NCBI RefSeq assembly: GCF_041886205.1
Contig: NZ_CP169029.1
Reading direction: 5' to 3' (one strand)
DNA: 64,000 bases
From: Escherichia coli
GTDB lineage: Bacteria > Pseudomonadota > Gammaproteobacteria > Enterobacterales > Enterobacteriaceae
Position numbers and translations under genes: made by a program. Positions within the stretch are counted from its first letter, which is position 1. Every line of letters starts with the position of its first letter. The notes beneath the pieces are model-generated. The model was not told the origin of the DNA. It did not search any database and was given only the letters and a program-made list of their open reading frames with translations. Shown piece by piece: positions 33,972 to 48,300 of the stretch.

Positions 33972-36900
33972 TTAACCGCTAATCTGTTCCATCGCCTGCA
34001 AAATACGCTTATCTGAAATCGGATAAGGCGTACCAAGTTGTTGAGCGAAGTAACTAACGCGCAGCTCTTCTATCATCCAACGGATCTCTTTCACGTCTTC
34101 ATCCTCACGACGTGCGGGCGGCAGTTTGTTGATCCATTGCTGCCACGCCTGCTGGACGTTTTCGACTTTCAGCATCTGTGCACGATCGCGATGTGGATCA
34201 ACCGCCAGTTTTTCCAGTCGTTTTTCAATCGCCTGCAAATATCGCAGCGTGTCGCCCAGCCGTTTGAAGCCGTTACCAGTGACAAAACCGCGATATACCA
34301 ATCCGCCCATCTGCGCTTTAATGTCAGAAAGCCCCAGTGCCATGGTCATATCCACCCGCCCTTTCAGACGTTTGTTGATATTGAACACCGCAGTGAGGAT
34401 TTGCTCGACCTGCTTCGCAATATCCACCACCGTGTCATTCAGTTCGGCGCGCACTTTTTCATGCAGCGCAGCAAAGCCTTCTTCCGTCCAGACCGGGCCA
34501 CCATTGGCGTCGATCAATTTATCCACACCGCAGGAGATACAGTCGTCGATCAGCTCCAGCACTTTGCCATACGGGTTAAAGTACAGCCCCAGCTTGGCTT
34601 TGTTTGGCAACTTCTCATGCAAATATTTGATTGGCGAGGGAATATTCAGCAGCAGTAGACGGCGAAGACCGTTCCACATTGCCTGCTTTTGCTCCAGCGG
34701 GTTATCAAACAGTTTGATCGCCACACTGTCGCGTTCATCCACTAGCGCTGGCCACGCCTTCACTTTGTAGTTGCCACGCTTCTGTTCGTAGCTTTCCGGC
34801 AGTTGCCCAAAGCTCCAGATATGCAGCCCGCTCTGCTCGATACCGTCATCCGCCACCGCAGACAGCGTTTCCTGCACTTTGCCTTTCAGGGCGTCTTTCA
34901 GATCCTGTAATGAGCGCCCTTCTTTTAGCTTCTTATTTTTGTCGTCCACCACGCGGAAGGTGATTTTTAGGTGATCGGGCACCTGATCCCAGTGCCAGTC
35001 TTCGCGGTCAACGGTAACGCCGGTCATCCGCCGTAACTCGCGCTCAAGGCTGTCAAGCAACGGTAACTCCAGCGGTGTGACGCGGCCTAAAAACGCTTCG
35101 GCATAGTTTGGCGCAGGTACAAAATTACGGCGTACCGGTTTCGGCAACGATTTAATCAGAGCAATCACCAGTTCGCGGCGCAGACCGGGGATCTGCCATT
35201 CAAACCCGCTCTCCTCAACCTGGTTAAGTAACGGCAGCGGAATATGTACGGTCACACCGTCAGCATCCGCGCCGGGCTCAAACTGATAGCTCAAACGCAG
35301 CTTGAGATTGCCCTGATGCCAGAAGTTCGGGTAATCCAGCTTGCTGATTTTTTCCGCCCCTTCTTTGATCAACATGCTCTTTTCAAAGTTGAGCAAATCA
35401 GGCGTTTCGCGGCTGACTTTTTTCCACCAGCTGTCGAAGTGGCGTGCAGAGATCACATCATGGCTGATGCGCTGGTCGTAGAACTCAAACAACGTTTCGT
35501 CATCAACCAGAATATCGCGGCGACGTGATTTGTGTTCCAGCTCTTCCACTTCGGCCCGCAGTTTCAGGTTTTCACGGAAGAATGCGTGACGAGTCTGCCA
35601 GTCACCTTCCACCAGCGCGTGGCGAATAAAGAGTTCACGACATAACGCCGGATCAATCTGGCTGTAGTTGACCTTGCGCGCGGCAACAATCGGCAAGCCA
35701 TAAACAGTGACTTTTTCCGTTGCCATCACCGCGCCCTGCGCCCGTTCCCAGTGCGGTTCGCTGTAGGTGCGTTTAATCAAATGCTGAGCAACTGGCTCCA
35801 CCCATTCCGGGTCGATGCGCGCAGCAATGCGCCCCCACAGGCGGCTGGTTTCTACCAGTTCCGCCACCATTACCCATTTCGGCGGTTTTTTGAATAAACC
35901 AGAACCGGGGAAGATGGAGAAACGCGCGTTACGTGCGCCGGTATATTCTTGTTTATCGGCATCTTTCATGCCGATATGGGAAAGCAAACCCGTCAGCAAC
36001 GCAATGTGAATTTCGCGATACTCCGCCGGTTCGCTGTTAACCGGAATGCCAAGTTCTTTCACCACCTGACGCAACTGGGTGTAGATATCCTGCCATTCGC
36101 GCACGCGCAGATAGTTGAGATAATCGGTGCGGCACAGGCGACGGAAAGCGTTTGAAGAGAGCGCCTTTTGCTGCTCGCCGAGATAATTCCACAGATTCAC
36201 AAACGCGAGGAAGTCGGATTCTTTGTCGTGGAAGCGACGATGTTTTTCGTCCGATGCCTGCTGTTTATCCATCGGACGCTCGCGCGGATCCTGAATGGAG
36301 AGCGCGGACGTGATAATCATCGCCTCACGCACGCAGCCATGTTTTTGCGCTTCCAGCACCATACGCGCCAAACGTGGGTCGACAGGCAACTGCGAGAGCT
36401 GGCGACCGAGCGGCGTCAGTTTATAGGCGCTGACCTGTTCATCAGTGGTGATCGCGCCCAGTTCTTCGAGCAGACGCACGCCATCCTGGATATTGCGTTT
36501 ATCCGGTGCTTCGACAAACGGGAACGCCGCGATATCGCCCAGCCCCAGCGCGGTCATCTGCAAAATAACCGATGCCAGGTTGGTACGCAGAATCTCCGGA
36601 TCGGTAAACTCCGGGCGCGAGAGGAAATCGTCTTCGGAATAGAGACGAATACAGATCCCTTCGGACACACGACCACAGCGGCCTTTACGCTGATTGGCAG
36701 ACGCCTGGGAAATCGGCTCAATCGGCAAACGCTGCACTTTGGTGCGATAGCTGTAGCGGCTGATACGCGCCGTACCGGGGTCGATAACGTATTTAATCCC
36801 CGGTACGGTCAGCGAGGTTTCCGCGACGTTGGTCGCCAGCACAATGCGTCGCCCGCTGTGCGACTGGAACACGCGGTTCTGTTCGCTATTCGAAAGCCGC

Positions 36901-37874
36901 GCATAAAGCGGCAAGATTTCGGTATGGCGTAAGTTCAGCTTGTTCAGCGCATCGGCGGTATCGCGGATTTCCCGCTCGCCGCTCATAAAGATCAGAATGT
37001 CGCCAGGGCTTTCCTGACTCAGTTCGTCTACGGCGTCAAAAATCGCCTGCAACTGATCGCGCTCGGTGTCGTCGGCTTCTTCAACAATCGGTCGATAGCG
37101 CACTTCCACCGGATAGGTCCGACCGGAGACTTCGATAATCGGCGCATTATTAAAGTGGCGCGAAAAGCGTTCCGGGTCGATAGTCGCGGAAGTGATAATG
37201 ATTTTTAGGTCAGGACGCCGCGGCAGCAACTCTTTCAAATAGCCGAGCAGAAAATCGATATTCAGGCTGCGTTCGTGTGCTTCATCGATAATGATGGTGT
37301 CGTACTGCATCAGCAGGCGGTCTTGCTGGATCTCCGCCAGCAGGATACCGTCGGTCATCAGCTTGACCATCGTGTTATCACTAACGTGATCGCTGAAACG
37401 CACTTTGTAACCGATGCAACCGCCCGGCTCCGTTTTCAGCTCTTCCGCAATACGGTTCGCCACCGTTCGTGCCGCCAGGCGACGCGGCTGGGTATGGCCG
37501 ATCAGTCCTTTAATCCCGCGCCCCAGCTCCATACAGATTTTCGGCAACTGGGTGGTTTTGCCTGAACCGGTTTCCCCGGCGACGATCACCACCTGGTGAT
37601 CACGAATCGCTTCGAGAATGTCCTGTTTTTTCTGACTAACCGGTAAATTGTCAGGATAAGTGATTTCCGGTCGTGCCGCTTCACGCAGCAGGACTTTCCC
37701 TGCCGCCTGGTCAATCTCTTTCGCCATCTCCTGGAAAATGGCCTGTTGTGCATCAGGATTTTTAACCTTCTTAACACCGTGCAGACGGCGAGAAAAACGC
37801 AGTCTGTCGCGCAGCATCAGCGAATCCAGCCGCTGCTGCAAAGCAGTAAAGGTCAATTTTTGTTGTTCTGTCAT
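33972..37874 (-). CDS. hrpA: ATP-dependent RNA helicase HrpA (DEAH-box), 1300 aa
   Basis: ORF 33972..37874; Walker A GETGSGKTTQ and DEAH motif (IIIDEAHERS). Confidence 0.95.
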   Translation of the reverse strand: MTEQQKLTFTALQQRLDSLMLRDRLRFSRRLHGVKKVKNPDAQQAIFQEMAKEIDQAAGKVLLREAARPEITYPDNLPVSQKKQDILEAIRDHQVVIVAGETGSGKTTQLPKICMELGRGIKGLIGHTQPRRLAARTVANRIAEELKTEPGGCIGYKVRFSDHVSDNTMVKLMTDGILLAEIQQDRLLMQYDTIIIDEAHERSLNIDFLLGYLKELLPRRPDLKIIITSATIDPERFSRHFNNAPIIEVSGRTYPVEVRYRPIVEEADDTERDQLQAIFDAVDELSQESPGDILIFMSGEREIRDTADALNKLNLRHTEILPLYARLSNSEQNRVFQSHSGRRIVLATNVAETSLTVPGIKYVIDPGTARISRYSYRTKVQRLPIEPISQASANQRKGRCGRVSEGICIRLYSEDDFLSRPEFTDPEILRTNLASVILQMTALGLGDIAAFPFVEAPDKRNIQDGVRLLEELGAITTDEQVSAYKLTPLGRQLSQLPVDPRLARMVLEAQKHGCVREAMIITSALSIQDPRERPMDKQQASDEKHRRFHDKESDFLAFVNLWNYLGEQQKALSSNAFRRLCRTDYLNYLRVREWQDIYTQLRQVVKELGIPVNSEPAEYREIHIALLTGLLSHIGMKDADKQEYTGARNARFSIFPGSGLFKKPPKWVMVAELVETSRLWGRIAARIDPEWVEPVAQHLIKRTYSEPHWERAQGAVMATEKVTVYGLPIVAARKVNYSQIDPALCRELFIRHALVEGDWQTRHAFFRENLKLRAEVEELEHKSRRRDILVDDETLFEFYDQRISHDVISARHFDSWWKKVSRETPDLLNFEKSMLIKEGAEKISKLDYPNFWHQGNLKLRLSYQFEPGADADGVTVHIPLPLLNQVEESGFEWQIPGLRRELVIALIKSLPKPVRRNFVPAPNYAEAFLGRVTPLELPLLDSLERELRRMTGVTVDREDWHWDQVPDHLKITFRVVDDKNKKLKEGRSLQDLKDALKGKVQETLSAVADDGIEQSGLHIWSFGQLPESYEQKRGNYKVKAWPALVDERDSVAIKLFDNPLEQKQAMWNGLRRLLLLNIPSPIKYLHEKLPNKAKLGLYFNPYGKVLELIDDCISCGVDKLIDANGGPVWTEEGFAALHEKVRAELNDTVVDIAKQVEQILTAVFNINKRLKGRVDMTMALGLSDIKAQMGGLVYRGFVTGNGFKRLGDTLRYLQAIEKRLEKLAVDPHRDRAQMLKVENVQQAWQQWINKLPPARREDEDVKEIRWMIEELRVSYFAQQLGTPYPISDKRILQAMEQISG

Positions 37875-38065
37875 AACGTTAGTGGGCAGTAGTCTGCCTG
37901 ATTAATTTTCTTTTAAATGATAGATATAGAGTACCACATCGCGGCTTTCTATGCGTTGTTCAATAAATTCGAACATAGGCTTCGATTTATTGCGCTATCT
38001 CTGTGGCAGGATTGTGAATAAAGTGTCAGCAAGCAACGGGGCATCGTCCATTCAAACATCTATAA

Positions 38066-38680
<615 letters not shown>

Positions 38681-38694
38681 CCGGACACGATCTT

Positions 38695-38721
38695 GATGTG
38701 GACTGTAGTTCAGTCCACATC
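38695..38721. terminator. Inverted repeat (11-bp arms) between convergent azoR and ynbD; probable bidirectional terminator
   Basis: GATGTGGACTG-tagtt-CAGTCCACATC. Confidence 0.4.
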
Positions 38722-38730
38722 TCAATCCAC

Positions 38731-41701
<2,971 letters not shown>

Positions 41702-41871
41702 TATCAATCCTTGATAATTCGGTTTGCGCTATGGTGCATCAATTCCCCTGACGGAGATATCGCAACACGCCGCTTCATTAAAAATTCAGAATATATCAAG
41801 GTATTGGGGACTCACTGCCAGGAATGATTATCCCCAATTAATCAAATGGTTAAGAAACATTACGTTGTGGA

Positions 41872-44178
41872 TCAATACAACTCATCAAGTTTTCTCATCG
41901 CTTGTTCCCGTATTGCGCGCGTCTTACCGTTAAGCGCCAGCTGGCGGACTAAATCCAGTTCAGGGTTAACAAGCTCTAACGCCAGCAAAGGATCACGTTT
42001 CAGCCTCGCCTTTAATACATCAACTGGAAAACGGGGATTATTCATCGCCACAATCCACCACTCGGGATCAATTTCTGCCGCCAGTACTGCAGGCGGTGTG
42101 TGGCGGTTGTTAAGTGCGCCGAACTTGAAAAATGTGAGATTGCTTTTCGCCAGTGTACTCCACCATATACGATCCGGTTGTTTTGCCAGTACATCCAGTT
42201 GTGCTAACGCATCGGGGTCGAGTGCATAATAAACACGTAATGCTTCATCAACCTGCGCACGGGAGCTGTTTTCCTGCCTCAGAAAAAACTTCGCCCAAAT
42301 ATCATTGCGTGGCGTATTTTGCTGTAATTCCTTGAGGACAACAGCGGGTAAATTATCCCAACTAACTAATGCACTCTCTAAAAAGTCCCAGTCTTCCAAA
42401 CGTATCAGGGCGGTGGCATTTAATAGCATCTGGTCATCAACTTCACCGTGGCTGATAAGCTCAGACAAAATCATATCAGCGCTGGTTTCATATGCAGCTG
42501 AATCTGCTTTCGGATTATTTTTCCGATGTGATAAAGCACGTTGCCAAATTTTTTGTTTCATCGCCGTACTCAGATACTGATTTTTCGCCAGATTACTCCA
42601 CCCCTCAGGATCGTTGAAACGTGTCAATAACCGTTGTAAAGCAGCGTCAGAGTGAATTACCTGCATATCCCGACAGCAAAAGTAGGCAGGGGATTTTTTC
42701 TCCATCCTTTTAACAAAATTAAACTGTAAGTTATCTGGCAACGCTAAAAATAACGCACCTATTAGATCATCGTCATTCTCGAATTTTTGGTATAAATATA
42801 CTGCTATTTTGTCACTCTCTTGTGGCGTCATCCGCAACAATTGACCATGGTGTTTCATCTCTGCCAGCTTTAACGCTAAGCTTGTGACAACATCGTTTGA
42901 TGAATCGTTCGCCAACTGCATTGCCTGATTGTAGGTGAGTTGTCCTCCAGCACCGACCTGACGAATAGAGGAATCATCACTGCGGATATAGCCATCAATA
43001 ATGGATTCGGGCAATAACCACGCATCTTTATAAAGCTCCTGAATGATCATATCCCAATCTCTTTTCGCCAGAGTCATGACGATATCCAGAGGGAGATTTT
43101 CACGTAGCGCAAGATTCAACGGACCGACACCATCAGGTAGATGACTCATTCGCGTCATTATTTCGACAGAGAGCGGTTCACGGTCGAGCAACCCCAGAAC
43201 AACAGGCTGGTAACCCAATTGCTGATCGGTCAACTCCAGAATCTCATTGTCCGGCATATATCTCGCCATACTTTCAATCGTTTGTTCATCATTGCTATTA
43301 ATAAGTTGTTTGCGTAGGTTAGCTGAAATTCCTTTAAGCCTTGGGAGAGTTCGCATTATGGCAAGATCAAATGTCGCAATATCTCGTCCTTCAAATGCAG
43401 CAACGTTGCCTTCATCCAGCATTTGCAATTCCTGCACTAACTCAGGAGAAGGCTTAGGGCGAAACAGCGCTTCTTTTTTCATCTGATTACAGACATTCCC
43501 TGCCATGCGAATATTGCTTCGCTTAAAAATTTCTTTCAGAGCATCTTCATCATTTATTCGACCCTAATAATATGCATCAGGATTTATTATCATCAGCGCT
43601 TTTTTGACATTTTCAGTGTCATTTTTGTCACTCGCACGGACCATGAATTCACTATTTGTCGAAGACGCAACAACAGGTGCAATTATGTCATTGATAAATA
43701 TCCCACGCGCATTAATACTCCCCTTAATCGTAGACGGATTATCGTAATATGAGTCGATAAATACCAGTCCACTTGCATTTATCGAACCGGTAATTAACAG
43801 TGGCGAATCTGTAACTATATTTGTTGCCGTCACGTTACCGAGAATAACCCATGGATTAGAAAGAGAGAAAGTGGAAATATTACCTTTGACTGTCAAATTG
43901 CCAAGAACAATCAATTTTTGATTACTCTCTATATTACCTTCTACCACTAAATCGCCACGATGCACTTTCCAGTCCGATGCAGATAAACCGAAGGGGACAA
44001 GATTCACGCTACTGTTGATAGCTTGTTCAACTTGTTGTTTATCTTCAGCGGTAGCTGCAGATAAAAATGGTTCAATATCAACTGCATTTGCAACACATCG
44101 AAGTTCCGCCTGTACTGGAAGACTCAGCATAAACAGGGGAAGTAAACCTATCCAGCTGCAAATCCTGGGCTTAAACAT
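41872..44178 (-). pseudogene. ydbD: ydbD (DUF2773) split by in-frame amber codon into 204/206-aa and 544-aa ORFs
   Basis: ORFs 43564..44184 and 41872..43506 are in the same frame, separated by TAG at 43564..43566 and 19 open codons; total matches a 768-codon frame from ATG 44178. Confidence 0.65.
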
Positions 44179-44241
44179 ATGCACTCCATGCCATTAAAAA
44201 AGAAACAAAAGGGAAATGCATCTTTCCCTTTTGTATATTCG

Positions 44242-45102
44242 TTATTCTCGCGAAATACCATCCAACGTAGACAACACTTCCTCAGAAAGATGCAATTTTT
44301 CAGCAGCCATATTCTCCCGTAAATGCGCAACAGAAGATGTCCCTGGGATCAGCAAAATATTCGGTGAACGTTGTAACAGCCACGCCAGCGCCACCTGCAT
44401 GGGTGTTGCACCCAGGCTCGCAGCAACATCCGACAGCGTAGAGGATTGCAGCGGTGTAAAGCCCCCGAGCGGGAAGAACGGCACGTAGGCAATGCCATCG
44501 CGGGCCAAAGCATCAATCATTGCATCATCCGCACGATGAGCAATGTTGTATTCGTTCTGCACGCAGACGATTTCGGCAATCTTGCGTGCCTCTGCAACCT
44601 GCGTCGGTGTGACGTTGCTCAGGCCAATATGTTTTACCAGACCTTGTTGTTGCATCTCAGCCAGCACGGTCAGGCTGGCCTCAATCGATCCTTCCGCTGG
44701 GCCATGACCATCCCCCATCATAACGCGCAGGTTAACCACATCCAGTACGTCCAGGCCGAGATTACGTAGATTATCGTGCACCGCTTTTTGCAACTCTGCC
44801 GGAGAAAAGGCGGGCAACCAGGAAGCGTCCTCTCCACGCCGCGCACCAATTTTAGTGACAATTGTCAGGTCGTCAGAGTAAGGATAAAGCGCTTCGCGGA
44901 TAATCTGATTGGTGACGTGCGGACCATAAAAGTCGCTGGTATCAATGTGATTGACGCCCAATGCCAGCGCCTCGCGCAGCACAGTTATAGCGACGTGGCG
45001 ATCTCTTGGGGGACCAAAAACCCCAGGACCTGCCAGTTGCATCGCGCCATAACCAAGACGGTTAACGGATTTTGTACCGAGAGTAAATGTATTGCTGCTC
45101 AT
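44242..45102 (-). CDS. ydbC: Aldo-keto reductase YdbC, 286 aa
   Basis: ORF 44242..45102; AKR family sequence. Confidence 0.9.
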   Translation of the reverse strand: MSSNTFTLGTKSVNRLGYGAMQLAGPGVFGPPRDRHVAITVLREALALGVNHIDTSDFYGPHVTNQIIREALYPYSDDLTIVTKIGARRGEDASWLPAFSPAELQKAVHDNLRNLGLDVLDVVNLRVMMGDGHGPAEGSIEASLTVLAEMQQQGLVKHIGLSNVTPTQVAEARKIAEIVCVQNEYNIAHRADDAMIDALARDGIAYVPFFPLGGFTPLQSSTLSDVAASLGATPMQVALAWLLQRSPNILLIPGTSSVAHLRENMAAEKLHLSEEVLSTLDGISRE

Positions 45103-45256
45103 CGCACCCTGCCCTGTAATAAAACGGATTAAGAAAAATCAGTATAGAAACGAAAAGAGATAAATAATGCGAAGGTGTAAACAAGATTACTGGATGAGTT
45201 GCTCTATTGTCCTGAAAGACACCAAAACAAAACGCGTCAAGTACCGCATCCGGCAA

Positions 45257-45289
45257 TAAAAAAACCGCAACCTGTATCAGCGTTGCGGT
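45257..45289 (-). terminator. Rho-independent terminator for ydbA
   Basis: Minus-strand hairpin CCGCAAC...GTTGCGG followed by UUUUUUU, 20 bp after ydbA stop. Confidence 0.6.
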
Positions 45290-45310
45290 TTAGGGATCAC
45301 ATGCTAAAAA

Positions 45311-48300
45311 TTAGAACGTTTTCTTGAAGTTCAGCATCACGCCTTTGTCGCTGATGCCGTCCTCTTTCCAGTTGTACGCATCCAGATTCAGCGAACTTTC
45401 TTTGCTGCTGTACTTCACGCCGACGCTTGCCAGGCTGTTAATGCCGCCGCCCTTCTGACCGTCATCGACGTTAAAGTGCTGACTGCCTGCGCCTGCCAGG
45501 CTTGCCGTACGCTGGCTCTTCGCGTAGCTCAGGTTCGGCCCGCCTTCCAGCGTGGCGTTCGCACTCCAGCCGTCTTTTCCTGCATAATCCAGCTTCAGCC
45601 CGACGATGCTGTCCACCGCCGTTTCGCTGCCGCTGTTCATATTCAGGTTAAAGTCTCCGGCGTTACGCTCCTTATAGCCACCTTCCAGTGTGTGACGCAG
45701 TTTTACACCCGCATATGGCGTAACCTTCAGTCCTTCGCTCGGTTCGAAAGTCTTCGCTCCTTCGCTACGGAACTCCAGGTACTGCTGCTTCACGTCGGTA
45801 TCAGCCGTTTTGTTCGTGTTGCTAAATGCAATCGAGCGGCTGCTGTCAAGGTTGTGAACGTCGTAACGCAAGGCGTTATTCCAGTTCATGCCATTGTCGA
45901 AGGACATCTGATGTTTCAGGCCAAAGAACTGGCTATAACCGCCTGTAACGCCATTATCACCCGCTTTCTGCGCACCATCACCATCGAGACGAGCGATACC
46001 GTACTCCAGACTCATCGTCTGGCTTTCGCTCAGGTCGATGGTTTTACGCAATGCCAGCATGTCGTATTCGGTATTATTACCTAACTCGGCACGCGGATCG
46101 CCTTTCGCGACAACGTTGAACGCCAGACCGTTACCTACCTTCGGTGCGGCATCCGCCAACATACTAAAGCGGTTGCTTAACACGCGCGCTTCGCGGAATA
46201 CCGTGGTCGCCTGGCTACCGCTGACCTGTTTCAGAGCGCTGTTCAGTTCAGCAGTCGTGCCGACGTTCAGGCTGGTAAACAGTTCGTTGTTGGTGTAACC
46301 CGCATCCAGTGCTTTCGCGATGTCATTCACCGAAGCATCTGTTGCCACATCGGTATAAGCGTTTTTGCTCATGGTGACGTCAACGTTACCGCTGGCATCG
46401 GTGCTGCCTTTAGCAGTCCATACCACGGAGGTTGAGGTGATAGCATCCGCGTCGGTCAGGTTGCTGCCCTCCACCACGTTATCAAAATTAACGGTGGTGT
46501 CTGCCGTACAAGCGGTAAACCCGGTGTTGATCCCCACGCCGTTCATGCTGGCATTGTTGACCCTGAGCTTACCGGCGCTGCCATCGGCACTCGTTCCCAC
46601 CACGTAACCGTTGAGATTATTCATGCCGCCATCAACTGCATCACTTCCCGGCGTTAGGCTAACCGTAGTGGGATTCGGTACATCCGGCAACGTATAGTCG
46701 CCATAATGCAATTCCGTGTTATTACCGTTGTTACCGTTCACGCCTTCAACATTGACGCTGTCGCCCTGCTTAATCAGCCCCGATCCTGTCACGCCATCCG
46801 CAATGACCACCGTGCCGTTGTTGACCACGTGACCTTCTGTACCCAGCACGCTGAATGCAAACGAGTCATTGGCGAAGATATTGATGGTGCCGTTGTTCTC
46901 GATCACCGCATCCGCCGTGGCGTTAGCATCGAGTTGCATACCGATCATGCCCGTATCGGTAGTGCCCTCTGTACCGAGGTTGATGGTGCCAGTGTTAACC
47001 AGTTGCGCATTCTTATCACCTTCCATAGCCACAGCACCGGTGCCGCTGATATTCATCGTGCCGTCATTCTGCGCAATGAAGTTACTGTGAGTGAATTTCA
47101 CGGCGCTGGTACTGTCGTGGTCGAAGTTGATGACCCCGTTATCCAGATTCCAGAAGAATGCGCTCTGATCGCCAGCGTTATTGGCGCTCACCACCAGCGA
47201 CTTCGCAGAGACATCAATCGTTCCATCGTTGATAAAGCGACCATTCCCACCCCACATATTGACAGCACCGTTATGTGAGGAATTACTGATGTCCATGTGA
47301 CCAGTGTTATAAAGCGTACCGGACTGATTAATATGCACAGCATTCTTGTTGTTATCGAGGATAAACTCACCGCTGTTATTGAAGACGGCGTTGTTATTAA
47401 CTTCCAGCATACCTGCGTTATTGCCGCCACTGCTACTACCGAGGCGCCAGGTTCCTTCGTTATTGACCCAGGCATCACCGGTTAATGCAGAACCATTGTC
47501 CACTTTGCCATCTTGTAGGTTATTAAAGATGCCACTGGTCTGAATAATACGTTTACTCACCGTACCACTGTTATTAAAGACGCCGGATTTTTGCACAACA
47601 TTGCTAATAGTACCGGAGTTGTTCACCAGATTAGTGCTAGCCCCAGCATACATTGTCACATTACCGTTGATGGTACCCTCATTATTGAGTACCCCCCCCT
47701 GAGCATCAATATTACCCATCGAGCCAGCATTATCTATTACAGCATCTGGTGCCAATTTCACCATGGAGTTAATAATCCCCGTAGAGGCATTTTCGAGCGT
47801 ACCACTCCGAACGTTAATATCACTACCAGAAGCCGTCCCCGCATTAATAACGCTTCCGGGCACTGCGTCAGTTATCACCACAGAATTAATGAAGTTTGTC
47901 GACTCACCATCTGCCACCAGGATATCACCACCAGAGTATTGCAATGAGACATAATTATCGCCCTGGTTATATTCATCCGCACTCTGACAAATACCAAAAG
48001 TACAGAACCTGCCATAGTTAATAATTATTCCTGTTCCATCGCTGTAAAATGCCTGGCCGATATTTGTATCGATATTAATTACACCCGTTATATCATTAAT
48101 TGCCATACCACTATTAATTGCACCCACCGCGAACAGCTGGTTCTCTTGCTGCTTCGTCACGCCCTCATCTGCGGTGAGGTTGATTGTCCCCTGGTTGACA
48201 ACGGTCCCGCCGCTCATCGCCAGCATACCGAAACCTTCGTTATTAACATTGATGGTTCCGGTATTTAACCCACTGGCATCGCCATTTCCGATATCGGTTG

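Noticed and set aside
34038-36932. Long plus-strand ORFs (206, 214 and 254 aa) inside hrpA
   Set aside because: They lie antisense within a well-supported 1300-aa helicase gene and have no recognisable motifs or RBS context; typical shadow ORFs in GC-rich coding sequence.
41708-41871. 164-bp ydbD-ynbC spacer as a possible mobile-element scar
   Set aside because: No terminal inverted repeats or target-site duplications recognisable by eye; interpreted as a promoter or deletion junction.
45062-45256. 64-aa minus-strand ORF in the ydbC-ydbA intergenic region
   Set aside because: Overlaps the ydbA terminator and a REP-like tract; AT-rich, no RBS.
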